A DNA stretch of 64,000 nt from Alphaproteobacteria bacterium (GCA_965243045.1 CBDETR010000004.1:1207985-1271984), one strand, 5' to 3'. Shown: positions 30,231 to 39,495, numbered from the stretch's first letter. Notes: generated by a model not told the origin, from the letters alone. Made by a program: numbers and translations.

Positions 30231-30362
30231 ATGCATAAAGTTGATTTTCAAAAAGCACCAAAAAGCCATGTAGATACATGGAAATTATTCATAAAAATTT
30301 GTGTGGCAACAATCATTCTATGCGGTGGAATATTAGCAATGATGGCGATATTCTTAACTTAA
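30231..30362 (+). CDS. possible small single-TM membrane protein (43 aa), absent from the ORF track because it is under 60 aa
   Basis: ATG at 30231 translates to MHKVDFQKAPKSHVDTWKLFIKICVATIILCGGILAMMAIFLT with a hydrophobic C-terminal helix. It vaguely resembles small aa3-type oxidase subunit IV / DUF-type membrane peptides. No clear RBS. Confidence 0.3.
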   Translation: MHKVDFQKAPKSHVDTWKLFIKICVATIILCGGILAMMAIFLT

Positions 30363-30747
30363 CAAGCCTCACCCTTCTTCCGAATATATTGGGTTTACAC
30401 CCCTTACACATATATAATGTGTGTTGATTGTGAATGATGCCATTGTTGCATATTCTTTTAATAACGTCTTTAATGGCGTTTTTTTCGTGTTTTATTATAA
30501 TTTTTCGTCGCTAATGGCTATTTTTTTATGATTCTGCGATATATAAAATCATTATATTTCAATATCTTATATCGAATTTTATATATTTCTTTTGCTCATA
30601 TGAAAAATCCCTTGCATTCGATGGCGATTTATTGCTATAATGAGCCTGTTCTTGATGCAGAAGCATCTTGACGTTAAATCGCACAGAATGTGCTCCCTTA
30701 ACTTGCAGAATGCAAGTTTAATCACTCTAGAACGGAGGAAATACACT

Positions 30748-31650
30748 ATGTCTAGTGATATTACTTTGAGCTCGGCTCAGAGATTAACCCTTATATCTTT
30801 ACAAAGGTCCAGCAGATTATCTGATAGAACGCAGGTTCGGCTAGCGACTGGTAATCAAATTAACACTGTTACTGATGGTGCTGAGTCATTCTTTGCAGCG
30901 CGGTCTCTTGATAATCGCGCAGAAATTTTGGCTGACCGTCGTGGCAATATTGAACAAGGTCTTTCAACCTTACAAGCCGCATTAGATGGTATTGATGCGC
31001 TTGATGAATTACTCGGTCAATTACGTGGTTTGGCACGCCAAGCGCGTTCACAAACTGCCATTGAACGCGAAGAAACAACAAGGTCTTACAATTCAGTTAT
31101 TGAACAATTTGAATTGGTGCTTGAAGATACCAATTATCAAGGTATCAACCTATTGAATAATACCAATACAAGTTTAACTGTTGAATTTTCAGAACGTGCA
31201 GATTCAGATTTAACCGTGCAGGGTGTGAATATTTTGGCTTCTGCAGCTTCATTGGGTGGTATTTTCGGTGCGAATGAATTTATTTCTACAATCAGAAATA
31301 TTACCACTGGTTATACAACAGGCGGTTTAAGCGCAGGCTTTTCAACCTTAAGCAATGCGAATAGTTTGCTTGCTATTGATGAAATAGACGAAAGATTATC
31401 GCAAAGCCAAATAAATCTTGAGACCCGTGCGAATTCATTAGGTAACAATGTAGCCATTTTGCAAACAAGGTTGAATTTTAACCAATCCATCACAACAGGG
31501 TTGATTGATGGCGCTGATAAGATTACGTCTGCCGATTTGAATGTGGAAGCTGCTAATTTGACTGCGATTGGAACGCAATATCAAATCGGTGTTCAAGCAT
31601 TAGCAACATCAGCTCAGCGTTTGCAATCTCTATTACAAATTATTCGGTAA
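30748..31650 (+). CDS. flagellin (short alphaproteobacterial type), copy 1
   Basis: About 300 aa. The N-terminal region (LSSAQRLTLISLQRSS...RLATGNQIN...NQGLSTLQAALDGIDALDELLGQLRGLARQA) and C-terminal region (DLNVEAANLTAIGTQYQIGVQALATSAQRLQSLLQIIR) match the D0/D1 helices of flagellin, as in Brucella and Caulobacter. A TTGCAT-18-TATAAT promoter and GGAGG RBS lie upstream. The start is the ATG at 30748; the track ORF extends to 30640. Confidence 0.85.
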   Translation: MSSDITLSSAQRLTLISLQRSSRLSDRTQVRLATGNQINTVTDGAESFFAARSLDNRAEILADRRGNIEQGLSTLQAALDGIDALDELLGQLRGLARQARSQTAIEREETTRSYNSVIEQFELVLEDTNYQGINLLNNTNTSLTVEFSERADSDLTVQGVNILASAASLGGIFGANEFISTIRNITTGYTTGGLSAGFSTLSNANSLLAIDEIDERLSQSQINLETRANSLGNNVAILQTRLNFNQSITTGLIDGADKITSADLNVEAANLTAIGTQYQIGVQALATSAQRLQSLLQIIR

Positions 31651-31821
31651 TTTATCATCAGTAACTCATATGCAATAACAACAAAAATAATTGCCTATGA
31701 TATTGAGATGAAAAGTCACGTGACATGAAGCAAATAGCTTTTGTGAATAAAGTGGCATGTGTGAAATATAAATGAGTATGTGTAAACGCTCAGTTGGATG
31801 ACCCTTTACGGAGGAAAGAAA

Positions 31822-32349
31822 ATGACAAAACATGGTTTAACAAATAATATGGATATGAAGGATAAAAATAAGCGCGTCTTATTAAGTCTGCAATCAAGAG
31901 GAACAGCTGCTGAAACAACAGATGAAATTCTTGAATCGGTTCATGCCAAACAAGCAATATGTTCTAAGGAGGCAATTTTATTGAAAAATCAACTTCAGAA
32001 TTGCCGGGATGAATTGCTTAACTGGCGAGAAACAGAGCAGAGTAATAAGTCAGTGGAAGATGCAAGAATAGCTTTGGACGATTTATTGCAAGAGATGGCG
32101 GGTATGAGAATACACGATGATATGATGATTGATCATCATGGATTGGCAAGCAATGCAAAAATCACCGAATCGATTCGTTCAATGAGTGGTAGCTTTGAAG
32201 TGTCTAACGATGCTTCTTATCAAGCAAATTATGCTGAAGGCTATAAGGAGCCTATGCTTGAAGTGCAATTTGCACAGGCAAGGAAACTGGCTGCCAAGCA
32301 GAAAACACCCATTGGCGAGCATGAGCTAGTGATAAAAAGAGCAGGATAA
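31822..32349 (+). CDS. hypothetical acidic protein (175 aa) embedded in the flagellin array
   Basis: Strong RBS (GGAGGAAAG) 7 nt upstream of ATG 31822, and a clean terminator at 32388-32418. I recognise no motif in it. Confidence 0.5.
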   Translation: MTKHGLTNNMDMKDKNKRVLLSLQSRGTAAETTDEILESVHAKQAICSKEAILLKNQLQNCRDELLNWRETEQSNKSVEDARIALDDLLQEMAGMRIHDDMMIDHHGLASNAKITESIRSMSGSFEVSNDASYQANYAEGYKEPMLEVQFAQARKLAAKQKTPIGEHELVIKRAG

Positions 32350-32387
32350 TTTTATAAATATACTTATATTTTTATTATTATTGACTA

Positions 32388-32418
32388 AGGCGTGTTTTTT
32401 TAACACGCCTTTTTTTAT
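32388..32418 (+). terminator. rho-independent terminator after the hypothetical gene
   Basis: AAGGCGTGTT-tttttt-AACACGCCTT stem followed by a T-run. Confidence 0.7.
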
Positions 32419-32598
32419 TGTTTTTCAGTCACTTATGAAATTTATTCATTTTTTCCCACAGGAATGAAAATAATGCTTGCTTTATGACATTCCATTAGGC
32501 TACAATACAAATGTTGGAGATAAGCAAAGCTTTTCTTCATACGCAGAAGCTAAAATTACTTCAAGAATTGAAGTGTTATCTAGAATGGAGATATAACA

Positions 32599-33501
32599 AT
32601 GGCAAGCGATATTACTTTGAGTTCTGCTCAACGCAGAACACTTTTATCACTACAAAACACAAGTAATCTTTCGGACAGGACGCAGATTCGCCTTGCGACT
32701 GGTCGTAGGATTAACAATGTGACTGATGGCGCAGAAGACTTTTTCGCCGCACGTACTTTACAAACACGTGCAGAAATTCTTCAGGGTCGTCGGGAAGAAA
32801 TCAACCAAGGAATTTCAACAATTCAAACTGCATTAGATGGTATTGATGCACTTGATGAATTACTTGGTCAATTACGTGGTTTAACACGTCAAGCGCGCTC
32901 TCAAACCGATGTTGAAAGAGCGGAAACAACGACATCTTATACTTCGGTTGTTGACCAATTTGAATTCTTGCTTGAAGATTCAAGTTACCAAGGTTTGAAT
33001 TTGTTGAATAGCACAACTTCAAGTCTAACAGTTAACTTTTCAGAAAATACAGAATCAGAATTGAACATTGCAGGTGTGAATATTTTGGCATCTGCAGCTT
33101 CAGAAGGTGGTATTTTTGGTGCGAATGAATTTATTTCTACAATTAGAAACATTACCACTGGCTATGCAGCTGGTGGCTTAAGTGCTGGCTTTTCAACCTT
33201 AAGCTTGGCGGGTAGTCTGGAAGCTTTGAATGTATTGGATACACGTTTATCTGAAGCACAGGACCGTCTTGAAACACGGGCAGGTGTTTTGGGTAACAAT
33301 GTTGCGATTTTAAGAACACGTCTTGATTACACAGATGATATTGTTTCTGGTCATATTACTGGTGCAGATAAGATTATTAACGCTGATTTGAACGAAGAAG
33401 CTGCAAACTTAACTGCGACAGGCACGCAATACCAAATTGGTGTGCAATCACTTGGTGTGTCTGGTCAACGGGTGCAATCACTGTTACAACTGATTCGTTA
33501 A
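32599..33501 (+). CDS. flagellin, copy 2
   Basis: 300 aa, about 90% identical to copies 3 and 4. Conserved leader GTTATCTAGAATGGAGATATAACAATG. A sigma70-like promoter TTGCTT-17-CTACAAT sits at ~32474-32504. Confidence 0.9.
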   Translation: MASDITLSSAQRRTLLSLQNTSNLSDRTQIRLATGRRINNVTDGAEDFFAARTLQTRAEILQGRREEINQGISTIQTALDGIDALDELLGQLRGLTRQARSQTDVERAETTTSYTSVVDQFEFLLEDSSYQGLNLLNSTTSSLTVNFSENTESELNIAGVNILASAASEGGIFGANEFISTIRNITTGYAAGGLSAGFSTLSLAGSLEALNVLDTRLSEAQDRLETRAGVLGNNVAILRTRLDYTDDIVSGHITGADKIINADLNEEAANLTATGTQYQIGVQSLGVSGQRVQSLLQLIR

Positions 33502-33552
33502 TTTATGATTTATTTTTCTGGATTTTCAGGAAAATAAAAATATTCATTGAAA

Positions 33553-33585
33553 GGGAAGCAGGTTGCAAAGCCTGCTTCTCCTTAC
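33553..33585 (+). terminator. putative terminator hairpin after flagellin copy 2
   Basis: Stem GAAGCAGG ttgcaaag CCTGCTTC. The T-tract after it is weak. Confidence 0.45.
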
Positions 33586-33818
33586 ATTTGCAAAATTTTT
33601 ATTGCAGAAGCGGTATGATTTTGTTTGACTCCTACAAGAACTATATTAGTATAAATATCTGATTACTAAAAATTAGTAATCGGAACACATAATCACTAAA
33701 AAATTAGTGACATTTTCGACAATAGAGAATGATTGAGGGCAATTTTTGATAATAAAATATTATTAATTCCTTTTTGTGTGTTAAGTTTAACATATGTTCT
33801 AGAATGGAGACATAAACA

Positions 33819-34721
33819 ATGGCAAATGACATTACTTTAAGTTCTGCTCAGCGCAGAACGCTTTTATCATTGCAAAACACAAGTAATCTTTCGGATAGGA
33901 CGCAGGTTCGCCTCGCAACTGGTCGTAAGATTAACAATGTGACTGATGGCGCAGAAGACTTTTTCGCCGCACGTACTTTACAGACACGTGCAGAAATTCT
34001 TCAGGGTCGTCGGGAAGAAGTTAACCAAGGGATTTCAACAATTCAAACTGCATTAGATGGTATTGATGCACTTGATGAATTGCTTGGTCAATTACGTGGT
34101 TTGGCACGCCAAGCACGTTCTCAAACTGATGTTGAAAGAGCAGAAACAACAAACTCTTTTACTTCAGTTATTGAGCAATTCGAAAATTTGCTTGGTGATA
34201 CAAGTTATCAAGGTTTGAACTTGTTGAATAGCACAACCGCAAGTCTAACGATTAACTTTTCAGAATTATCTGATTCTCAACTTGAGATTGAGGGTGTGAA
34301 TATTTTGGCATCTGCAGCTTCAGAAGGTGGTATTTTTGGTGCGAATGAATTTATTTCTACAATCAGAAATATTACAACTGGCTATACAACTACTGGCTTA
34401 AGTCTTGGCTTTTCAACCTTAAGCTTGGCGACTAGTTTGGAATCTTTGAATGAATTGGATACACGTTTATCTGAAGCACAGGACCGTCTTGAAACACGGG
34501 CAGGTGTTCTTGGTAATAATGTTGCGATTTTAAGAACACGTCTTGATTACACAGATAATCTTGTTTCTGGTCATATTACTGGTGCAGATAAGATTATTAA
34601 CGCTGATTTGAACGAAGAAGCTGCAAACTTGACTGCGACAGGCACGCAATACCAAATTGGTGTGCAATCACTTGGTGTGTCGGGTCAACGGGTGCAATCA
34701 CTCTTACAACTGATTCGTTAA
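33819..34721 (+). CDS. flagellin, copy 3
   Basis: 300 aa with leader ATGTTCTAGAATGGAGACATAAACAATG. Its 3' UTR is shared with copies 2 and 4. Confidence 0.9.
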   Translation: MANDITLSSAQRRTLLSLQNTSNLSDRTQVRLATGRKINNVTDGAEDFFAARTLQTRAEILQGRREEVNQGISTIQTALDGIDALDELLGQLRGLARQARSQTDVERAETTNSFTSVIEQFENLLGDTSYQGLNLLNSTTASLTINFSELSDSQLEIEGVNILASAASEGGIFGANEFISTIRNITTGYTTTGLSLGFSTLSLATSLESLNELDTRLSEAQDRLETRAGVLGNNVAILRTRLDYTDNLVSGHITGADKIINADLNEEAANLTATGTQYQIGVQSLGVSGQRVQSLLQLIR

Positions 34722-34770
34722 TTTATGACTTATTTTTCTGGATTTTCAGGAAAATAAACATATTTTACTT

Positions 34771-34804
34771 AAAAGGGCAGGTTGTAAGGCTTGCCCTTTT
34801 TTCC
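34771..34804 (+). terminator. rho-independent terminator after flagellin copy 3
   Basis: AAGGGCAGG ttgtaagg CTTGCCCTT stem followed by TTTTTT. Confidence 0.6.
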
Positions 34805-35052
34805 TATAAAATCAAACAATTATCTAATGGTTCAATGATTGTTGCGAAACAGGTATCAGTTTTGTTTGACTCTCGTAACGAATCTGTTATGATAAATTAT
34901 CACTCATTGAAATAGTGGGTGATGCACATAGTCGCTAAAAAAAATGGTGGCATTTCCGCAAATAGGAAATGTAAGAACAGTTTTTGGTAATAGAATATTA
35001 CTGGATTGTTTTATGTGTAATATAAATATATGTTCTAGAATGGAGACATACG

Positions 35053-35955
35053 ATGGCAAATGACATCACTTTAAGTTCTGCTCAACGCAGAACACTTTTA
35101 TCACTACAAAACACAAGTAATCTTTCGGACAGGACGCAGGTTCGCCTCGCAACTGGTCGTAAGATTAACAATGTGACTGATGGCGCAGAAGACTTTTTCG
35201 CCGCACGTACTTTACAAACACGTGCAGAAATTCTTCAGGGTCGTCGGGAAGAAATCAACCAAGGAATTTCAACAATTCAAACTGCATTAGATGGTATTGA
35301 TGCACTTGATGAATTACTTGGTCAATTGCGTGGTTTGGCACGTCAAGCGCGCTCTCAAACCGATGTTGAAAGAGCGGAAACAACAACATCTTATACTTCG
35401 GTTGTTGATCAATTTGAAAATTTGCTTGGTGATACAAGTTACCAAGGTTTGAATTTGTTGAACAGCACAACCGCAAGCCTAACGGTTAACTTTTCAGAAA
35501 GTACAGATTCAGAGCTTGCGATTGCAGGTGTGAATATTTTGGCATCTGCAGCTTCAGAAGGTGGTATTTTTGGTGCGAATGAATTTATTTCTACAATCAG
35601 AAATATTACAACTGGCTATACAACTACTGGCTTAAGTCTTGGCTTTTCAACCTTAAGCTTGGCGGCTAGTCTGGAAGCTTTGAATGTATTGGATACACGT
35701 TTATCTGAAGCACAGGACCGTCTTGAAACACGGGCAGGTGTTTTGGGTAACAATGTTGCGATTTTAAGAACACGTCTTGATTACACAGATAATCTTGTTT
35801 CTGGTCATATTACTGGTGCAGATAAGATTATTAATGCTGATTTGAACGAAGAAGCTGCAAACTTGACTGCGACAGGCACGCAATACCAAATTGGTGTGCA
35901 ATCACTTGGTGTGTCGGGTCAACGGGTGCAATCACTCTTACAACTGATTCGTTAA
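35053..35955 (+). CDS. flagellin, copy 4
   Basis: 300 aa with leader ATGTTCTAGAATGGAGACATACGATG. Near-identical to copy 3 except for central variable segments. Confidence 0.9.
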   Translation: MANDITLSSAQRRTLLSLQNTSNLSDRTQVRLATGRKINNVTDGAEDFFAARTLQTRAEILQGRREEINQGISTIQTALDGIDALDELLGQLRGLARQARSQTDVERAETTTSYTSVVDQFENLLGDTSYQGLNLLNSTTASLTVNFSESTDSELAIAGVNILASAASEGGIFGANEFISTIRNITTGYTTTGLSLGFSTLSLAASLEALNVLDTRLSEAQDRLETRAGVLGNNVAILRTRLDYTDNLVSGHITGADKIINADLNEEAANLTATGTQYQIGVQSLGVSGQRVQSLLQLIR

Positions 35956-36013
35956 TTTATGATTTATTTTTCTGGATTTTCAGGAAAATAAAAATATTTT
36001 ACTTATTATACTT

Positions 36014-36047
36014 AAAGGGCAAGTCGCAAGGCTTGTCCTTTTTTTTG
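36014..36047 (+). terminator. rho-independent terminator after flagellin copy 4
   Basis: AGGGCAAG tcgcaagg CTTGTCCT stem followed by TTTTTTTT. Confidence 0.65.
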
Positions 36048-36082
36048 GAAATAAATTGCTTGGGATTTTTTCTTGCTTGGGA

Positions 36083-36526
36083 TTAATTGTTTTTATCAAA
36101 ATCAGGCATAATTTGGCAATCAATACCTTCTTCATGTAGCTTGCTTAATTCTTCCATATCCGCTTTGCCATAAATATTACGCTTATCTGTTTCCTCATAA
36201 TGGATTTTTCTTATTTCTTCAGGAAATTTATCGCCCACATTATCAAAATTTTCTTGAATATATGCCACCATCTTACGTGATTCAGTATGAAGCACGTTCA
36301 TTTCTTCTGGGGTTGGTATATTATCTTTGTTGGCGGGTAAAGCAGGTAAGTGCGTATTAGACTTTGTTGCAATATTGGGCGCTGAAGGTAATTTGGTAAT
36401 ATGATGCGAATTACATATCGGGCATTCTACAAAATTATTCTCGCACTGGCTTTGAAAACTTGCTGCATTTTTGAACCATGCTTCAAATTCATGATGGTTA
36501 TCACATTTTAAGTTATAGCTAGTCAA
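36083..36526 (-). CDS. DUF1178-family zinc-ribbon protein
   Basis: 147 aa. The N-terminus YNLKCDNHHEFEAWFKNAASFQSQCENNFVECPICNSHHITK matches the conserved start of alphaproteobacterial DUF1178 (YALKC..GHEFE.WF....F......G...C..C). Confidence 0.7.
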   Translation of the reverse strand: MTSYNLKCDNHHEFEAWFKNAASFQSQCENNFVECPICNSHHITKLPSAPNIATKSNTHLPALPANKDNIPTPEEMNVLHTESRKMVAYIQENFDNVGDKFPEEIRKIHYEETDKRNIYGKADMEELSKLHEEGIDCQIMPDFDKNN

Positions 36527-36635
36527 ATTCCGTATCTTTTATTTTATGTGAGTTTTGCAATAAATAGGTTATGTTTTCATCGCCTTTGCCTTATTATATA
36601 TAGGAATTGATGGTGATGATGCAAGGGATAAAATT

Positions 36636-37346
36636 GTGCTAGATTCTTATCAAATTAGAGCAGGGCGCGCATTATTGGGCGCCACGCAACAAGCATTAGC
36701 AACTGCGGCTGGTATTTCAGTGGCAAGCCTTAACAATATTGAACGCAATATTGCAAAACCACGGGCAAGCACATTACAAATTTTAACACGAACTTTTTTA
36801 GATGCTGGGCTTAGTTTTGAAGAAGGAACGGCCACGCAATCTTTTTATTTTAGTAAATTTGGACGCCCCGGTAGCTATGATGCGCTTGTGACACAAGAAC
36901 AGCTTATTCGCTATTTTAATCCTGATAGTTTGTTGAAAATCAAGCGGATTATTTTTTTTACCTTTAATTTGCCTGAAATTGAAGAGCCTGAAATTGGCAT
37001 TTTTCTTGAGACAGAACGCCGTGTGATTTTGTTTGACCATATGCAATTTGGCTTTCATTATCCATCACGCTTAGAAATATTGGGCAATGCGATGTTGCAA
37101 ATATTCACTCTTTATGCCGAACAAATTTATTTCAGCCCACAGCATGTCAATAATCCTCATCAATTAAAAGCAGAAGAATTGATGAATTACATTAAAAATC
37201 AAGAAAATCAAAAAATACGTCATCCGCAATGTTTGTTTGAAGTTTCGGCTAATTGGCAAGAAAAATTGCGTGCCTTTTTGAATATTCCTGACCATCCGTT
37301 AAAGCGGCTATTCACCTTGCTGGAACATTTGGCAGATGGTCGTTAA
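36636..37346 (+). CDS. XRE-family helix-turn-helix transcriptional regulator with a C-terminal domain of unknown function
   Basis: The N-terminal IRAGRALLGATQQALATAAGISVASLNNIERNIAKPRASTLQIL is a classic HTH_XRE. GTG start at 36636. Confidence 0.7.
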   Translation: MLDSYQIRAGRALLGATQQALATAAGISVASLNNIERNIAKPRASTLQILTRTFLDAGLSFEEGTATQSFYFSKFGRPGSYDALVTQEQLIRYFNPDSLLKIKRIIFFTFNLPEIEEPEIGIFLETERRVILFDHMQFGFHYPSRLEILGNAMLQIFTLYAEQIYFSPQHVNNPHQLKAEELMNYIKNQENQKIRHPQCLFEVSANWQEKLRAFLNIPDHPLKRLFTLLEHLADGR

Positions 37347-39462
37347 ACAGCTGTTAACAAGCCACTTTATTACAAAAATTTTAGAAAAATATTTTATTAC
37401 TACGATTAATTGGCAACAACCAAGATTTACATTGCTATGGGTAGGTATATTTTATGGTGCGGCGATTTTTATCTATTTTACGTTGCCGTTTGAATTGAAT
37501 CTGTTGAGCCTGTTGATATGGTGGGCATTGTTGGGCTTGGCATTATTTCTATTTTACAAAAAGTTAAAAATTATTCTTTTCCCTGTGGTGATATTTTCAT
37601 TAGGATTTCTATGCGCTTATCTTCATAGCCATTGGCAGGGGCAGAGTTTTCAGCATTATCTTTCAACGAAAAGTTTGCAAATTGAAGGTATTGTCCATCA
37701 GGCAAATGATGGATTGCGCTACAGCAATGTTGTCATTAAAAATAGTGAAGGGCGGTTTTGGCGGTTGCGTTTGCAAGAAAAACAAGCACCCTTGCCGGGT
37801 ACAGTGATTACCTTATGGGCAAAACCGCTTAGCAATCAACAAGAGTTTTTTCAATATTATCGTTTTTTTAACAATATTCATGGCTATGCCATTGCGCTTT
37901 CATCTTATGATATTGTCCGATATGCTGAAGGCAATCTTGCTGTAAAAATTGCACGATTGCGCCTGAATATTGCCCGCATGTTAGAAAGCAAAACCTATCC
38001 GCAATATGCAGGGGTGGCACGGGCATTATTGGTTGGCATGAAAGGCACTATAGAAAAAGATGTTTTAGAGGCGATGCGCCATGCAGGGTTAGGGCATATA
38101 TTAGCCATTTCTGGATTGCATTTTGGTATTTTTGCATTTGGTGTTTTCGCTTTAGTGCGCTTTATTTTAGCAGGATTTCCCACGATTGCCGAGCGGTATC
38201 ATATCAAGAAAATCGCAGCTTTTGTGGCAATTTTTTCTGGGTTTTGCTATTTACTTCTTTCAGGCGGGGCTATTTCTGCCGAGCGTGCTTTTATTATGGT
38301 CGGATTTGTTTGCTTGGCAGTCATGCGTGATATGCGCGCTTTTAGTCAGAATTTGCTTGCGGTCGCCTTTATCATATTATTGAGTTTGAAGCCTTATATT
38401 ATTTTGCAGGTTGGTTTTCAAATGTCGTTTATGGCGGTGCTGGCTCTGATTGCTTTATTTGATTATTTGCGTGATTCAGCTTATTATCGCTTGCCCAAAA
38501 TACTCCGCTTTATTTTCGGAATGGCGCTCACAAGTATTGTTGCATCTATTGCAGTTGCGCCTTTCACTTTATTATATTTTCATTATTTTTCTAATTATGG
38601 GTTGGTAGCGAATTTACCTGTTTTGCCAATGATGGCATTTTGGGTGATGCCTTGGGCAGTGCTGACTTTATTATTGATGCCGTTTCAACTGCATGATATT
38701 CCGATGCAATTGATGTATGCAGGCATTCATAAAATGGGTGTGATTGCAAAATATGTTGCCGCATTACCCGGCAGTGTTAGCCATATTACGCCACCAAGTG
38801 CATTGGCGATTATATGTTTGTTCTTGGGAGTATTAATCATATCTATCGCATGGCGGCATCGTATTTGCGTGATTGTTGCATGCGGTTCGTTATTGGCAGG
38901 GTTGCTTTTTGTGATGATGACTCCTCAACCTGCTTTGATACTAACGGGTTGGAATTATGGATTTTCCCATCAGCAAAATAACGAGACACATTATATATTC
39001 TCACAAAATTTACCGCGGGGCAATAAACGTAAAGAAATTTTAACCCATTTAGGCGATGCCCCTATTGATTACTTGAAAAAGAGCAACATTGCCGATAATA
39101 ATAATTATTGTGATACAATATTGTGCGTTATCAATAGTCAGGGCTTAAAAATTTTACTGGCGCATAAAGCCGAAGGAGTGCTTGTGATGTGTCGGCAACA
39201 GGCGCATGTCTTTATCAGTCTTTATGATGTTCCTCAATTATGCAATGATAGAAAAAACAAAAATTCCTTGATGATTTTTCCCTCTCAATTTCGTCAATCT
39301 CGGCAATTCCCGCAAGGTTCTCCAGGGTTGTTTATTTTTAAGGGATTATTTGGCTCTCCCTTCATCCGTTATTTCTATGGTCAAAAACCATTGCAACATA
39401 ACACCATTCCTTTGCTCTCATTATTTTTTAATCATCGGCGCGTTTGGCATCACCCCCTTTAA
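37336..39462 (+). CDS. comEC: ComEC/Rec2-family DNA internalisation channel protein
   Basis: 708 aa polytopic protein. The competence domain signature LLVGMKGTIEKDVLEAMRHAGLGHILAISGLHFGIFA is present. I could not see an HxHxDH metallo-beta-lactamase motif at the C-terminus. Confidence 0.8.
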   Translation: MVVKQLLTSHFITKILEKYFITTINWQQPRFTLLWVGIFYGAAIFIYFTLPFELNLLSLLIWWALLGLALFLFYKKLKIILFPVVIFSLGFLCAYLHSHWQGQSFQHYLSTKSLQIEGIVHQANDGLRYSNVVIKNSEGRFWRLRLQEKQAPLPGTVITLWAKPLSNQQEFFQYYRFFNNIHGYAIALSSYDIVRYAEGNLAVKIARLRLNIARMLESKTYPQYAGVARALLVGMKGTIEKDVLEAMRHAGLGHILAISGLHFGIFAFGVFALVRFILAGFPTIAERYHIKKIAAFVAIFSGFCYLLLSGGAISAERAFIMVGFVCLAVMRDMRAFSQNLLAVAFIILLSLKPYIILQVGFQMSFMAVLALIALFDYLRDSAYYRLPKILRFIFGMALTSIVASIAVAPFTLLYFHYFSNYGLVANLPVLPMMAFWVMPWAVLTLLLMPFQLHDIPMQLMYAGIHKMGVIAKYVAALPGSVSHITPPSALAIICLFLGVLIISIAWRHRICVIVACGSLLAGLLFVMMTPQPALILTGWNYGFSHQQNNETHYIFSQNLPRGNKRKEILTHLGDAPIDYLKKSNIADNNNYCDTILCVINSQGLKILLAHKAEGVLVMCRQQAHVFISLYDVPQLCNDRKNKNSLMIFPSQFRQSRQFPQGSPGLFIFKGLFGSPFIRYFYGQKPLQHNTIPLLSLFFNHRRVWHHPL

Positions 39463-39495
39463 TATTTATCTGTAATATTTATCTGTAATATTTTA

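Noticed and set aside
31712-31730. 10-bp perfect palindrome GTCACGTGAC downstream of flagellin copy 1
   Set aside because: It is too short and isolated to call an operator. It could be chance in an AT-rich spacer, and it is noted only in case a genome-wide search shows recurrence.
36527-36635. A longer ATG-initiated start for the XRE regulator
   Set aside because: No in-frame ATG exists upstream of the GTG at 36636, so GTG initiation was accepted.
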